63,648 bases of DNA from Bacteroidota bacterium (GTDB taxonomy: Bacteria; Bacteroidota; Bacteroidia; NS11-12g; UBA955), in the NCBI GenBank assembly GCA_013205405.1, contig JABMMZ010000099.1, forward strand, positions 1 through 63,648. The letters run 5' to 3'. The notes under the pieces were generated by a model. The model was not told where the DNA came from. It saw only the letters and a program-made list of their open reading frames with translations, and did no database searches. The translations under genes and the position numbers were made by a program. Below are positions 30,601-39,340 of the stretch, piece after piece (position 1 is the first letter of the stretch; each line of letters begins with the position of its first letter).

Positions 30601-30825
30601 AGCTGTATCCGATAATACTATATAACTTGTGTAATATTTATATTGCGCATTTGGTGTTAAACCCTGTAATCTACCTCTAAAAACAACTGGAGTTCTACTT
30701 GTATCTCCCGAACCGCAATACATTGGCACTCTATCGCCAAAAAAATTACCCAAAATAGGTTTTTGAGCCATAATGGTGCTAATTAAACAAAATGCAATAC
30801 TTAACAGTAATAAATTCTTTTTCAT
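27649..30825 (-). CDS. T9SS type A-sorted surface protein with Calx-beta repeats and an OB-fold-like region
   Basis: Signal peptide from ATG 30825; repeated I.DD...E..E / I.DND Calx-beta motifs; GVV..D.SGGI..EGD.V..G OB-like segment; VYPNP..L.KGIY CTD. Confidence 0.85.
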   Translation of the reverse strand: MKKNLLLLSIAFCLISTIMAQKPILGNFFGDRVPMYCGSGDTSRTPVVFRGRLQGLTPNAQYKYYTSYIVLSDTANTSALGAGNPIFFKANGNITYSTSPGFTANNHDTFTTGGSGGYEGWFGCISTNDTRFTGGKHLYPTIIFQEIISTPVTKKWYVTDSIKVLTFSKSTGSNNGTGIYGNSFAKNKNILVLYDDINTGSTRPIAITYFESESVSISNTPYWYTNKVNGVAGSWGTIIPNSLSNGIKRVESRDYTNDFIVNSNVETDATWGIDSTKNPKGGTTKPIFISSDFAPLAFPDIQFVTNVTNVTEANTIVKLLVKRKYGNADTTKVTYNVVAGSASNPADYTISSNNTIKFKLYGEVIDTISVTIKDDLFNEPNEDIAVKLTSSFNGLIGTQTTHTINIINNDIPKVSFDKKGITLSEASAPIKIKIRLNNGAFTATSVKVLVKYKGDSTLIPQEFKFGSSYRDSTVQFPGGKAVDSLEFKLAIVNDKLIEDRPDTIILTLRTINAPGIAGTDSTFVLVINDNDAPPKYSFSRKAITVNENVGSVKIRVNIAGRNLTQSDIGIRLSASSSTTEGSDLTYNPTTQIFIVNPSDPDSITLTIPILDNNISEATETAIFVLSPFVNAQLGKPDTLRITILDNDLPEYTLAKLTTEKTVGIADSLNVKCKVRGVVYGINLKPTGTPNGLSFTLIDASGGIQVFSNSGRKGYVVTEGDSVLLSGKVTQFEGLTRFENLDTIIKLASSRNLKQALIVSDIIEANESQLIKLNVLRLVNASQWPTIAMAANTSLVVQVANQISTFDMLIDSETDIDGTPAPSGFFNLKGLGSQSDATSPFTSGYQIIPRRLTDIETLVSPTFSFKTPTSKAIEDNDSSVGFVLECANLTSNQQITISIKGGTAGRNVDYQSNLTRTFLLTAAKPSVIVKIKLIDDVVSELQETIIWAINSNSYGTIIGPDSIHTVNIIDNESVGIHQGQLIAETKVYPNPASNILNFSSSSIINSITIIDMNGRVVKTISNINALNTQTIIEDLSKGIYTAKIETQEGIVNKNFNILE

Positions 30826-30873
30826 TTTTTGATATCTTTGATAAATACAAACATACAAAAATATTTTATGTTT

Positions 30874-31584
30874 TCAATGAACGGCATAGCACAAACTTAG
30901 CAAACTAATTTTTGTATTAGAATCTTTGACAATTATATTGCTGCAAGCCTCTAAAGTTGCTCCTGTTGTAATAACGTCATCAATCAGTAAAATTTTTTTA
31001 TTTTCAATATTGTATTTAGAATTTAAGCTAAATTTATCAGCCATGTTTTCCCACCGTTCATATCTTTTCTTTAAAGTTTGGGTGCTGGTATTTTCATTTC
31101 TAATAATTAAATCAGGTATAAATATGACATCACTTTTGGCTGCAAAGCCTTGCGCAATAGAATCACTTTGATTGTAGCCGCGTTTCAATAATTTAGCCGG
31201 ATGTAATGGCACTGTTGTAATTATATCAATTTTCTTTTCGTCCATTAAATCTTTAATTTCAAGGGCAAATAGTTCTCCTAAAAAAATTCCAATATCCTGT
31301 CGATTTTTATATTTTAACTGATGAATGAGTTGTTGGGTCAAACCCTCTTTTCTAAAGTAAAGAAAAGAGCTTGCAAACTCTATCTCTACTCTGCCCCAAA
31401 ATATTTTTTCAATGGGATTGTCTTTGTCTAAATTAAATCCCGTTCTTGGTAATTTAATATAACACATTAAGCAAATTATGTCCTCATTTTTTACCAAAGG
31501 AGTGCCACAACCTGCGCATATTCTAGGATAAATTAAATGAAGAACATCTTTAAAAATATTGATGGTGCTTTGCTTAATTGACAT
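30874..31584 (-). CDS. ComF-family phosphoribosyltransferase-like protein
   Basis: N-terminal Cys cluster, VPLH, RGYNQS, LLIDDVITTGATL. Confidence 0.9.
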   Translation of the reverse strand: MSIKQSTINIFKDVLHLIYPRICAGCGTPLVKNEDIICLMCYIKLPRTGFNLDKDNPIEKIFWGRVEIEFASSFLYFRKEGLTQQLIHQLKYKNRQDIGIFLGELFALEIKDLMDEKKIDIITTVPLHPAKLLKRGYNQSDSIAQGFAAKSDVIFIPDLIIRNENTSTQTLKKRYERWENMADKFSLNSKYNIENKKILLIDDVITTGATLEACSNIIVKDSNTKISLLSLCYAVH

Positions 31585-31610
31585 TATTTTTGCAGCCAAA
31601 ATAAATATAA

Positions 31611-32645
31611 ATGTTTGAAAATAAAAGCAGAACCGAATTAAATGAGTTTGGAGAATTTGGTCTTATAAATTTTATCTCTAAAAATATAAAAACCTACCAT
31701 GCTTCTACTATAAAAGGAATAGGAGACGATGCTGCTGTTATAGATAACGGAGATAATTATATTCTCTTAAGTACAGATATGCTGATAGAAAGCGTGCATT
31801 TTGATTTAGGTTATACCCCTTTGAAACATTTGGGTTATAAAAGTGTAATTACGAATTTGAGCGATATAGCAGCTATGAACGGCACTCCAACTCATATAGT
31901 TGTAAGTATTGCTATGAGTAATCGTTTTTCAATAGAGGCCATAGAGGAATTGTATGATGGTATGATGGTGGCATGCGATGTATATAAAATAGATTTGGTA
32001 GGTGGCGATACTACAAGTAATCCAAAAGGTTTAGCTATCAGTATAGCTGTATATGGCACCGTTGCAAAAGATAAAATAACCTATAGAAATACTGTAAAAG
32101 AAGGCGATTTATTAGTGGTAACAGGCGATTTGGGTGCGCCATATTTGGGTTTAAATATTTTAGAAAGAGAAAAAAGAATATTTATTGAGCAACCTAATTT
32201 TCAACCTGAATTAGAGGGCAATGATTATATTATTCAACGTCAATTAAAACCGGAGGCAAGGCTAGATATGATAAAATTATTAGACGATTTAAAAATTGTA
32301 CCTTCGGCAATGATAGATATAAGTGATGGTTTGGCCAGTGATTTATTCCAATTGGCAAGTGCCAGCCAAGTAGGTTTTACAGTATATGAAGATAAATTAC
32401 CAATAGACCCTCAAACATACCAAAGAGCCATAGATTTAGGTATTGACCCAACAATAGCTGTCTTGAACGGAGGCGAAGATTATGAATTAATGTTTACAAT
32501 TCCGCAAAGTGATTACGAAACGCTTAAAAAGGAATTTGATTTTAGTGTAATTGGACACGCGGTAGCTAAGCAAGAAGGCATGCACTTAATAAGCAAAAGC
32601 AATATTAAGCATAAAATAATGGCTCAAGGTTGGGAGAATTATTAG
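31611..32645 (+). CDS. thiL: Thiamine-monophosphate kinase
   Basis: GEFGLI, GIGDDAAV, NLSDIAAM, GGDT, DISDGL, GGEDYEL. Confidence 0.96.
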   Translation: MFENKSRTELNEFGEFGLINFISKNIKTYHASTIKGIGDDAAVIDNGDNYILLSTDMLIESVHFDLGYTPLKHLGYKSVITNLSDIAAMNGTPTHIVVSIAMSNRFSIEAIEELYDGMMVACDVYKIDLVGGDTTSNPKGLAISIAVYGTVAKDKITYRNTVKEGDLLVVTGDLGAPYLGLNILEREKRIFIEQPNFQPELEGNDYIIQRQLKPEARLDMIKLLDDLKIVPSAMIDISDGLASDLFQLASASQVGFTVYEDKLPIDPQTYQRAIDLGIDPTIAVLNGGEDYELMFTIPQSDYETLKKEFDFSVIGHAVAKQEGMHLISKSNIKHKIMAQGWENY

Positions 32646-32654
32646 AATTTTTGC

Positions 32655-33413
32655 CTACCACTCTACCCCAGGATAGGCTCTTTGCATAAATTGCATTTCT
32701 GCTAAAATAAACCCTAAATGCTCGGAGTGTAAGCCATTTTTTCCGCCATTTTGTTGAAAATTTTTAGAAGGTATCGTTAAAGTGGCTTGTTCTATAATTG
32801 CTTTCACTTTTTCTAACCACAATGGTTTTAATTTTTCTACATCAGCGGCTATTCCTAATTCGAAAGCTTTAGTTTCAATTTCTGTAGGTATAAAAAATTC
32901 GCCTGTGTATTCCCATAAATCATTGATGGCTATTTGCATTTTTTCTCTGCTTATATCAGTGCCATCGCCCAGACGTATAAGCCACTCGCTACTCCATTTT
33001 AAATGATAAGTTACTTCTTTTAAAGATTTATGAGCTATTTCTGCTATTCTTTCATCTTTCCTTTTTTGCAATACATTCAGTAACTGAAAATGAAAAGCAT
33101 CATAAAAAAATTGACGAACTACTGTGTATGCCCAGTCCGTATTGGGTTGCTCTAAGAGTAAGGCGTTTTTGTATTGCTTTACATCTCTAGTAAAAGCAAT
33201 GGTATCTTCTGTTGCATTCTCGCCTTTTAACTCGGCTGCATAAGCATATAGGCTGCGTGCTTCGCCTATTAAATCTAAGGTAATATTGGTAATGGCTATA
33301 TCTTGTTCTAAAACTGGTCCGTGGCTGCACCATTCTGCATTGCGTTGCCCAAGTATCATGCTGTTGTCAGCTAAATGTAAAACGTATTGAAAGCGTATAT
33401 CTGAATCTTGCAT
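32655..33413 (-). CDS. paaC: 1,2-phenylacetyl-CoA epoxidase subunit C
   Basis: LADN..ILGQR..EWC.HGP.LEQDIA, KEVTYH, HSEHLG.ILAEMQ..QRAYPG.EW. Confidence 0.95.
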   Translation of the reverse strand: MQDSDIRFQYVLHLADNSMILGQRNAEWCSHGPVLEQDIAITNITLDLIGEARSLYAYAAELKGENATEDTIAFTRDVKQYKNALLLEQPNTDWAYTVVRQFFYDAFHFQLLNVLQKRKDERIAEIAHKSLKEVTYHLKWSSEWLIRLGDGTDISREKMQIAINDLWEYTGEFFIPTEIETKAFELGIAADVEKLKPLWLEKVKAIIEQATLTIPSKNFQQNGGKNGLHSEHLGFILAEMQFMQRAYPGVEW

Positions 33414-33700
33414 TACATGTGTTTAAGTTCAATAGGTAAATTATAAAACGTAGGATGGCGGTATATTTTATCCTCTGCAGGATCAAATAAAGCTTCTTGG
33501 TCAGATGGTTCACTAGCGTGTAAATGTTTGCTTTCTACTACCCAAATACTTATACCTTCTAGTCTACGGGTATATACATCGCGTGCATTTGCTATTGCCA
33601 TGGTTACGTCTGCAGCATGCAAGCTGCCTACATGTTTATGATTCAAGCCTTGTTTGGCTCTTATAAATACTTCCCATAATGGCCACTCTTTTTGATTCAT
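33413..33700 (-). CDS. paaB: 1,2-phenylacetyl-CoA epoxidase subunit B
   Basis: WPLWEVFIR, HVGSLHA, ARDVYTRR.EG.SIWVV, YRHPTFY. Confidence 0.96.
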   Translation of the reverse strand: MNQKEWPLWEVFIRAKQGLNHKHVGSLHAADVTMAIANARDVYTRRLEGISIWVVESKHLHASEPSDQEALFDPAEDKIYRHPTFYNLPIELKHM

Positions 33701-33718
33701 GCTTTATAAATTATTGTG

Positions 33719-34669
33719 TTATGCTGCTATTGTTTTATTGTCTGTTTTTTTAGCTTGTTTTTCAGCATAAGCTACTGCTGCATCACGGACCCATTCGCCA
33801 TTTTGCCAAGCACTTACTATGGCTTTCAAACGTTGTTTGTTGCATGGTCCGTTGCCAGCTATTACTTCATTAAATTCTATCCAATCTATGGTGCTAAAAT
33901 CATAATGTCCTCTGGCTTCATTCCATTTTAAATTATTATCAGGTATAGTTAAGCCTAATATTTCTGCTTGCGCTACAGACACATCAATAAATTTTTGACG
34001 TAAATCATCATTGCTAAAACGTTTTATTTTCCATTTCATGCTTTGGGCACTGTTTGGAGAATTATCATCATTAGGTCCGAACATCATAACACTAGGCCAC
34101 CACCAGCGGTTAAGCGCATCTTGTGCCATTGCTTTTTGCTCTTCAGAACCATTGCTCAGTGTTAACATAATTTCATAACCTTGGCGTTGGTGAAAGCTTT
34201 CTTCTTTGCAAACTCTTACCATTGCGCGTGCGTATGGGCCATAACTTACTCTGCACAAAGGCACTTGATTCATTATGGCAGCTCCATCTACTAACCAACC
34301 AATAGCGCCCATATCTGCCCAACTTAATGTTGGATAATTAAAAATACTGCTGTATTTGGCTTTGCCGCTGTGTAATTCTTCTAATAACTCATCACGTGTC
34401 ATACCCAATGTTTCGGCAGCAGAATATAAGTATAAACCGTGTCCAGCTTCGTCTTGTACTTTAGCCAAAAGCGCTACCTTACGTCTTAAATTAGGTGCAC
34501 GGGTTATCCAATTAGCCTCTGGCAACATACCTACAATTTCACTGTGTGCATGTTGAGAAATTTGACGCAATAAAGTTTTGCGGTATTTCTCCGGCATCCA
34601 ATCGCGTGGTTCAATTCTTATTTCATCATCAATCTTTTTTTGAAAAGATTCTTCTAGATTTATTTCCAT
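33719..34669 (-). CDS. paaA: 1,2-phenylacetyl-CoA epoxidase subunit A
   Basis: [37 protein letters not shown]. Confidence 0.97.
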   Translation of the reverse strand: MEINLEESFQKKIDDEIRIEPRDWMPEKYRKTLLRQISQHAHSEIVGMLPEANWITRAPNLRRKVALLAKVQDEAGHGLYLYSAAETLGMTRDELLEELHSGKAKYSSIFNYPTLSWADMGAIGWLVDGAAIMNQVPLCRVSYGPYARAMVRVCKEESFHQRQGYEIMLTLSNGSEEQKAMAQDALNRWWWPSVMMFGPNDDNSPNSAQSMKWKIKRFSNDDLRQKFIDVSVAQAEILGLTIPDNNLKWNEARGHYDFSTIDWIEFNEVIAGNGPCNKQRLKAIVSAWQNGEWVRDAAVAYAEKQAKKTDNKTIAA

Positions 34670-34825
34670 GGTAATTTTGTACAAATTTAAGATAAAACAA
34701 TATTAATACAAATGAGTTTTAAAAAAGTATTTCAAAAAGTTGATTTTTCAATTCAAATTATCCTTTAGAAATTGAAATAATTGAATTTTAGGATATTAAG
34801 AACAATTATAAACAAAGGGTATTTT

Positions 34826-36151
34826 TTAATTGTTTCCTTTACTCTTGGGTTTTTTGTATTTTTCTTTGATTATTCTTTTATACGAACCACCTAAATTCAC
34901 CTTGCTATTTTTAGCACTTTTTTCTTGAAAAGCACCGCCAGATTTTGTTTTTTTTCTGACACCTTTCAAATAATCAATTTCAATTTTTTGTGGCAATTCT
35001 TCATCTAATAACAATTTAGAAATTTTTACTTCTTTTGGAAATTCTGATATGGGAATAGCCATATTCATAAGCTTTTCTATAGCGGTTTGAAATCCTTTTT
35101 CTTCGGCCGTTACAAAAGTGATTGATTGTCCCATTTTATCAGCTCTGCCTGTTCTGCCTATTCGGTGCATATAGTCCTCAGGTTCAGTAGGAATATCAAA
35201 GTTAAATACATGGCTTATGTTTGCTATATCTAATCCACGTGCTATAATATCAGTAGCTACCAAAATTCTAAATTCGCCCGCATCAAAACTATTCACTGTA
35301 TTTATTCTATAATTTTGAGATTTATTAGCATGCATTACACTTACTTGAATCCCGAAAATAGGGCTCAACAACTCAAATACCATATCGGCCATTCTTTTGC
35401 TTTTTACAAATACCAATACTTTGTTAAATTCGCTTTCCGCTTTTAAAATATGTGATAGTAAATTTATTTTAGTATTAAAATTAGGCACTTGGTAACCTAT
35501 TTGATTAATTTGCAATAAGGGTGTGCCTGAGGCAGCTATTTCTATTTTTTCGGGTTGGTTAAAAAATTGATTAATGAGTACCTCTATTTCTGGCGAATTA
35601 GTAGCTGAAAACAAAAGATGTTGCCTTTTAATGGGCAGTAAATCCATAATTGTGGTTAGCTGAGCTCTAAAACCTAAAGTAAGCATTTCGTCCATTTCAT
35701 CTATCACCACTTTTTGTATTGCTTTTAAGCGCAATACACCATTTAAAGCTAAATCTAAAAGCCTGCCTGGAGTTGCTACTAAAATATCTACACCATTAAA
35801 TACCAATTTTTTTTGGGTATTAATATTCGTTCCACCATAAATAGCCGCTTTGCGCACCGTTTTATAAGTGGTTAGTTTATCTATTTCTTCTATTACCTGA
35901 AGTACCAGCTCTCTAGTAGGCACCAGTATTAATACGCGGGGCTGTTGCTGCTCCGAGTAGCTTAATTGACTTAAGATAGGCAATAAATAAGCAAACGTTT
36001 TTCCTGTACCTGTTTGAGCAATACCCACCACATCGCGCCCACTCATAACCACGGGGTATATTTTAGCTTGTATAGGGGTAGCATTGTCAAAGCCCAAATT
36101 ATTTAAGGCATTCAATAATTGTTTGCTAATGTTTAATTCATTAAAATTCAC
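34826..36151 (-). CDS. DEAD-box RNA helicase (DEMD variant)
   Basis: Q motif, AQTGTGKT, PTREL, TPGRL, DEMD, SAT, ARGLD, HRIGRTGR. Confidence 0.93.
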   Translation of the reverse strand: MNFNELNISKQLLNALNNLGFDNATPIQAKIYPVVMSGRDVVGIAQTGTGKTFAYLLPILSQLSYSEQQQPRVLILVPTRELVLQVIEEIDKLTTYKTVRKAAIYGGTNINTQKKLVFNGVDILVATPGRLLDLALNGVLRLKAIQKVVIDEMDEMLTLGFRAQLTTIMDLLPIKRQHLLFSATNSPEIEVLINQFFNQPEKIEIAASGTPLLQINQIGYQVPNFNTKINLLSHILKAESEFNKVLVFVKSKRMADMVFELLSPIFGIQVSVMHANKSQNYRINTVNSFDAGEFRILVATDIIARGLDIANISHVFNFDIPTEPEDYMHRIGRTGRADKMGQSITFVTAEEKGFQTAIEKLMNMAIPISEFPKEVKISKLLLDEELPQKIEIDYLKGVRKKTKSGGAFQEKSAKNSKVNLGGSYKRIIKEKYKKPKSKGNN

Positions 36152-36166
36152 TAGGGCAAAGGTAGT

Positions 36167-36286
36167 TAATGAATAATTAAGAATGAATAATTAATAATTT
36201 GGGGTTTAAGATGGGTTAGAAGTTGAATATTGAAAGAAATATTTTGTAAAACAAATAACAATTAACCAATAACTATTTCCATTAAC
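36167..36286. repeat. Two heptamer-periodic tracts in the maeB/helicase intergenic region
   Basis: TAATGAA TAATTAA GAATGAA TAATTAA TAATTTG (36167-36201); AACAAAT AACAATT AACCAAT AACTATT (36250-36277). Confidence 0.55.
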
Positions 36287-38551
36287 CTACTTCTTCCCCT
36301 GAGCATCCAAAACCGCAACAGCTACCATATTCACAATTTCGCGCACACTGCTACCTAATTGTAAAAAATGTACCGATTTATTAAAGCCAAGCAATACTGG
36401 TCCCATGCTTTCCGCAGCACCAAAACTTTGCGCAAATTTATAGGCAATATTACCAGCCGCTAAGTTTGGAAAAATAAAGGTGTTTACCTCTTTATTTACC
36501 AAGGTGCTAAAAGGAAAGTTTTCAGATAACATTTCATTATTCATGGCAAAATTGGCCTGAATATCGCCATCTACAGTAATTTCTGGGTTTTTAGTTTGTA
36601 GTATTTTTACTGCTTTAGCTACCTTTTCTGGCAACTCACCTTGCGCACTGCCAAAATTACTATAACTCAACATGGCAATTACAGGGTTAATACCCATTTT
36701 CTTAACTTCTGCATGGGTCATTTTAGCAATGTCAACAAGTTCTTCGGCTGTTGGGTCTATATTCACCGTAGTATCTGCAAAGAAATAAGGACCTTTTTTG
36801 GTCATGATAATGTACATTCCAGCTATTTTGGTAATGCCTTCTTCTTTACCTACTATTTGCAATGCAGGTTTTAAAGATTTAGGATAGTTTTTGGTTAAAC
36901 CAGAAATAAAAGCATCTCCTTCGCCTTCGTTTACCATCATGCAGCCATAATAATTTCTATCGCGCATTAGTTTAGTAGCCTCGTATACATTAATGCCCTT
37001 ACGTTGTCGTTTTGTAAAAAATTTATTGCCATAATCTTCGCGTTTGGCATCTTCCATTAATGGATCAATAATTTTAACGTCACCTAAGTCAATGCTATTT
37101 TCAGTTAAAAGGGCTTGAATTTTTTCTACATTACCTAATAAAATAGGGATGGCTATACCTTCTTCTTTTGCTATTTGCGCAGCTTTTAGTATTTTTAGAT
37201 TATCAGCTTCGGCAAATACAACACGTTTTGGCGAATTGCGCGCTGTAGTCATCATTCTACGAATAAAACGGTTGTCTAATCCTAATCTATTGCGCAATTC
37301 AAGTTTATATTTTTCCCAATCTAAAATAGGCTTTTTGGCCACACCGCTATCCATAGCTGCTTTAGCTACTGCTGGACTTACAGTTTCTATTAAACGTGGG
37401 TCAATAGGTTTTGGAATAATGTAAGTTCTGCCAAACTCTACACTGTGTTCGTTATAGGCTTTCATTACACTGTCTGGAACTGTTTCTTTTGCTAAATTAG
37501 CTATGGCTCTTACAGCAGCCAGCTTCATTTCTTCGTTTATGGTTGTAGCTCTAACATCTAAAGCTCCTCTAAAAATAAAGGGGAACCCTAGCACATTGTT
37601 TACTTGGTTGGGATAATCGCTTCTACCAGTGGCCATTATAATATCCTCACGAGTAGCAATAGCTAGTTCATATGTAATTTCAGGATCAGGGTTAGCCATA
37701 GCAAAAACTATAGGGTCTTTGGCCATACTGCGCACCATATCTTGGCTTAAAATATTTGCTTTAGATAAACCAACAAATACATCTACATTTTTCATAGCCT
37801 CTTCTAAAGTTTCTGTAAGCGTATTGTTTACAAAAAATTCTTTATATTTGTCTAAGTCAGTTCTTCTATTATTCAATGTGCCTTTGCTATCGAGCATTAT
37901 TAAGTTCTCTTTTTTTACACCTAAGGCTAAAAATAGGTTACTGCAACTCATAGCACTGGCACCAGCGCCATTTACCACCATTTTAATACTATCTATGGGT
38001 TTGTTTACCAATTCTAAGGCATTTAGTAAGGCGGCAGCACTTATAATGGCTGTTCCATGCTGGTCATCGTGCATGATAGGGATATTAAGCTCAGCTTTTA
38101 GGCGGGTTTCTATTTCAAAACATTCTGGTGCTTTTATATCTTCTAAATTGATGCCGCCAAAGGTTGGTTCAAGTGCTTTAACACAAGCAATAAATCCTTC
38201 AATATCTTTGGTGTTTAATTCTATGTCAAATACATCAATATCTGCAAATATTTTAAATAAAACACCTTTGCCTTCCATTACTGGTTTGCTAGCTTCAGGA
38301 CCAATATCTCCCAAGCCTAAAACGGCAGTACCATTGCTTATTACCGCTACTAAATTTCCCTTTGCGGTGTATTTATAAACATCTTCTACATTTTCAGCAA
38401 TTCTTAAGCAAGGTTCTGCAACTCCTGGTGAGTATGCTAAGCTTAAATCGCGCTTAGTTTGGGTAGGTTTTGTTGGAATTACTTCTATTTTGCCAGGTTT
38501 TCCTTGGCTATGATAATCTAATGCGTCTTGTTGTAATTTAGAAATTGACAT
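36287..38551 (-). CDS. maeB: NADP-dependent malic enzyme with PTA domain
   Basis: LSLAYSPGVA, VMEGK, NLEDI, HDDQHGT, C-terminal FPNL..GNIAYK. Confidence 0.96.
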   Translation of the reverse strand: MSISKLQQDALDYHSQGKPGKIEVIPTKPTQTKRDLSLAYSPGVAEPCLRIAENVEDVYKYTAKGNLVAVISNGTAVLGLGDIGPEASKPVMEGKGVLFKIFADIDVFDIELNTKDIEGFIACVKALEPTFGGINLEDIKAPECFEIETRLKAELNIPIMHDDQHGTAIISAAALLNALELVNKPIDSIKMVVNGAGASAMSCSNLFLALGVKKENLIMLDSKGTLNNRRTDLDKYKEFFVNNTLTETLEEAMKNVDVFVGLSKANILSQDMVRSMAKDPIVFAMANPDPEITYELAIATREDIIMATGRSDYPNQVNNVLGFPFIFRGALDVRATTINEEMKLAAVRAIANLAKETVPDSVMKAYNEHSVEFGRTYIIPKPIDPRLIETVSPAVAKAAMDSGVAKKPILDWEKYKLELRNRLGLDNRFIRRMMTTARNSPKRVVFAEADNLKILKAAQIAKEEGIAIPILLGNVEKIQALLTENSIDLGDVKIIDPLMEDAKREDYGNKFFTKRQRKGINVYEATKLMRDRNYYGCMMVNEGEGDAFISGLTKNYPKSLKPALQIVGKEEGITKIAGMYIIMTKKGPYFFADTTVNIDPTAEELVDIAKMTHAEVKKMGINPVIAMLSYSNFGSAQGELPEKVAKAVKILQTKNPEITVDGDIQANFAMNNEMLSENFPFSTLVNKEVNTFIFPNLAAGNIAYKFAQSFGAAESMGPVLLGFNKSVHFLQLGSSVREIVNMVAVAVLDAQGKK

Positions 38552-38675
38552 AATGCACTGCGAATTAACGCATTTTTTATTTAGATTTTTAATAATGATT
38601 TATTTAGATGTAAAAACATAAAGCCATCAGACATTCTAAAAATGCTAACAGCTTTATAAATATCCTATTTAAAAA

Positions 38676-39212
38676 CTAATCAACTAACTTTACGCCAGTA
38701 GCTTGAAAACCAGTATTTATTAAATGTGTTGTAAATTTTTTTTTGGCTTGCTCCATCGTCATAGTTTTACCATCTTCTAGAGCTTCATGAATTTGTTGTT
38801 CAACAGAGGTTGTATCATTATAAAAACTACCACCAGCAATTACTTTTTTACCAGCTAAATCTTTAGTCATTAAAAATTTGTGTCCAAAATCAATATTTTG
38901 AGTTGTAGTATTTTCTTTTAATTCGAACCAACAACCTTTGCTTTGGCATACTTGAGCAATAGTTCCTGATATTTTTGCATCTTTAATACCTTTTTCTTTA
39001 TAATTTTTAGCATTTTCTAAAGATAGTGGATTGGCAAAATCAAAAGCAGCACTATAAAATCCATCAGTAAGGGTCGCTGTCAATTTATCTTCGTGTTTAC
39101 ACTCTTCTGGCTCTTCCGATTTTATATCATTTGCAACTGTTTTAGCTTGGTTATTACAAGCAAAAATAGTAGTTGCAATAATGGATGCAAATAGGATGTT
39201 TTTAAATTTTAT
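38676..39212 (-). CDS. DUF4920-family lipoprotein; start extended to ATA
   Basis: VCQSKGCW motif; in-frame signal IKFKNILFASIIATTIFAC from ATA at 39212. Confidence 0.75.
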   Translation of the reverse strand: MKFKNILFASIIATTIFACNNQAKTVANDIKSEEPEECKHEDKLTATLTDGFYSAAFDFANPLSLENAKNYKEKGIKDAKISGTIAQVCQSKGCWFELKENTTTQNIDFGHKFLMTKDLAGKKVIAGGSFYNDTTSVEQQIHEALEDGKTMTMEQAKKKFTTHLINTGFQATGVKLVD

Positions 39213-39340
39213 GGTATAAAAGTATAAAATTTTATTAATTAAATAGAGTTAGAATTTGATCGTAATTTTTACATTCTAAATTAATAGACAATTATTTTAT
39301 TGTAAGCGAATAAAAACTTATTTTTGCAAAAAATTAAACC

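Noticed and set aside
35685-35705. DEMD instead of DEAD in the helicase
   Set aside because: DExD variation is ordinary and all other helicase motifs are intact
37629-38378. 249-aa plus-strand ORF
   Set aside because: Antisense shadow of maeB with no motif; the same applies to the many 60-120 aa ORFs opposite clpC, secA, aconitase, the symporter, the TBDR and the T9SS genes
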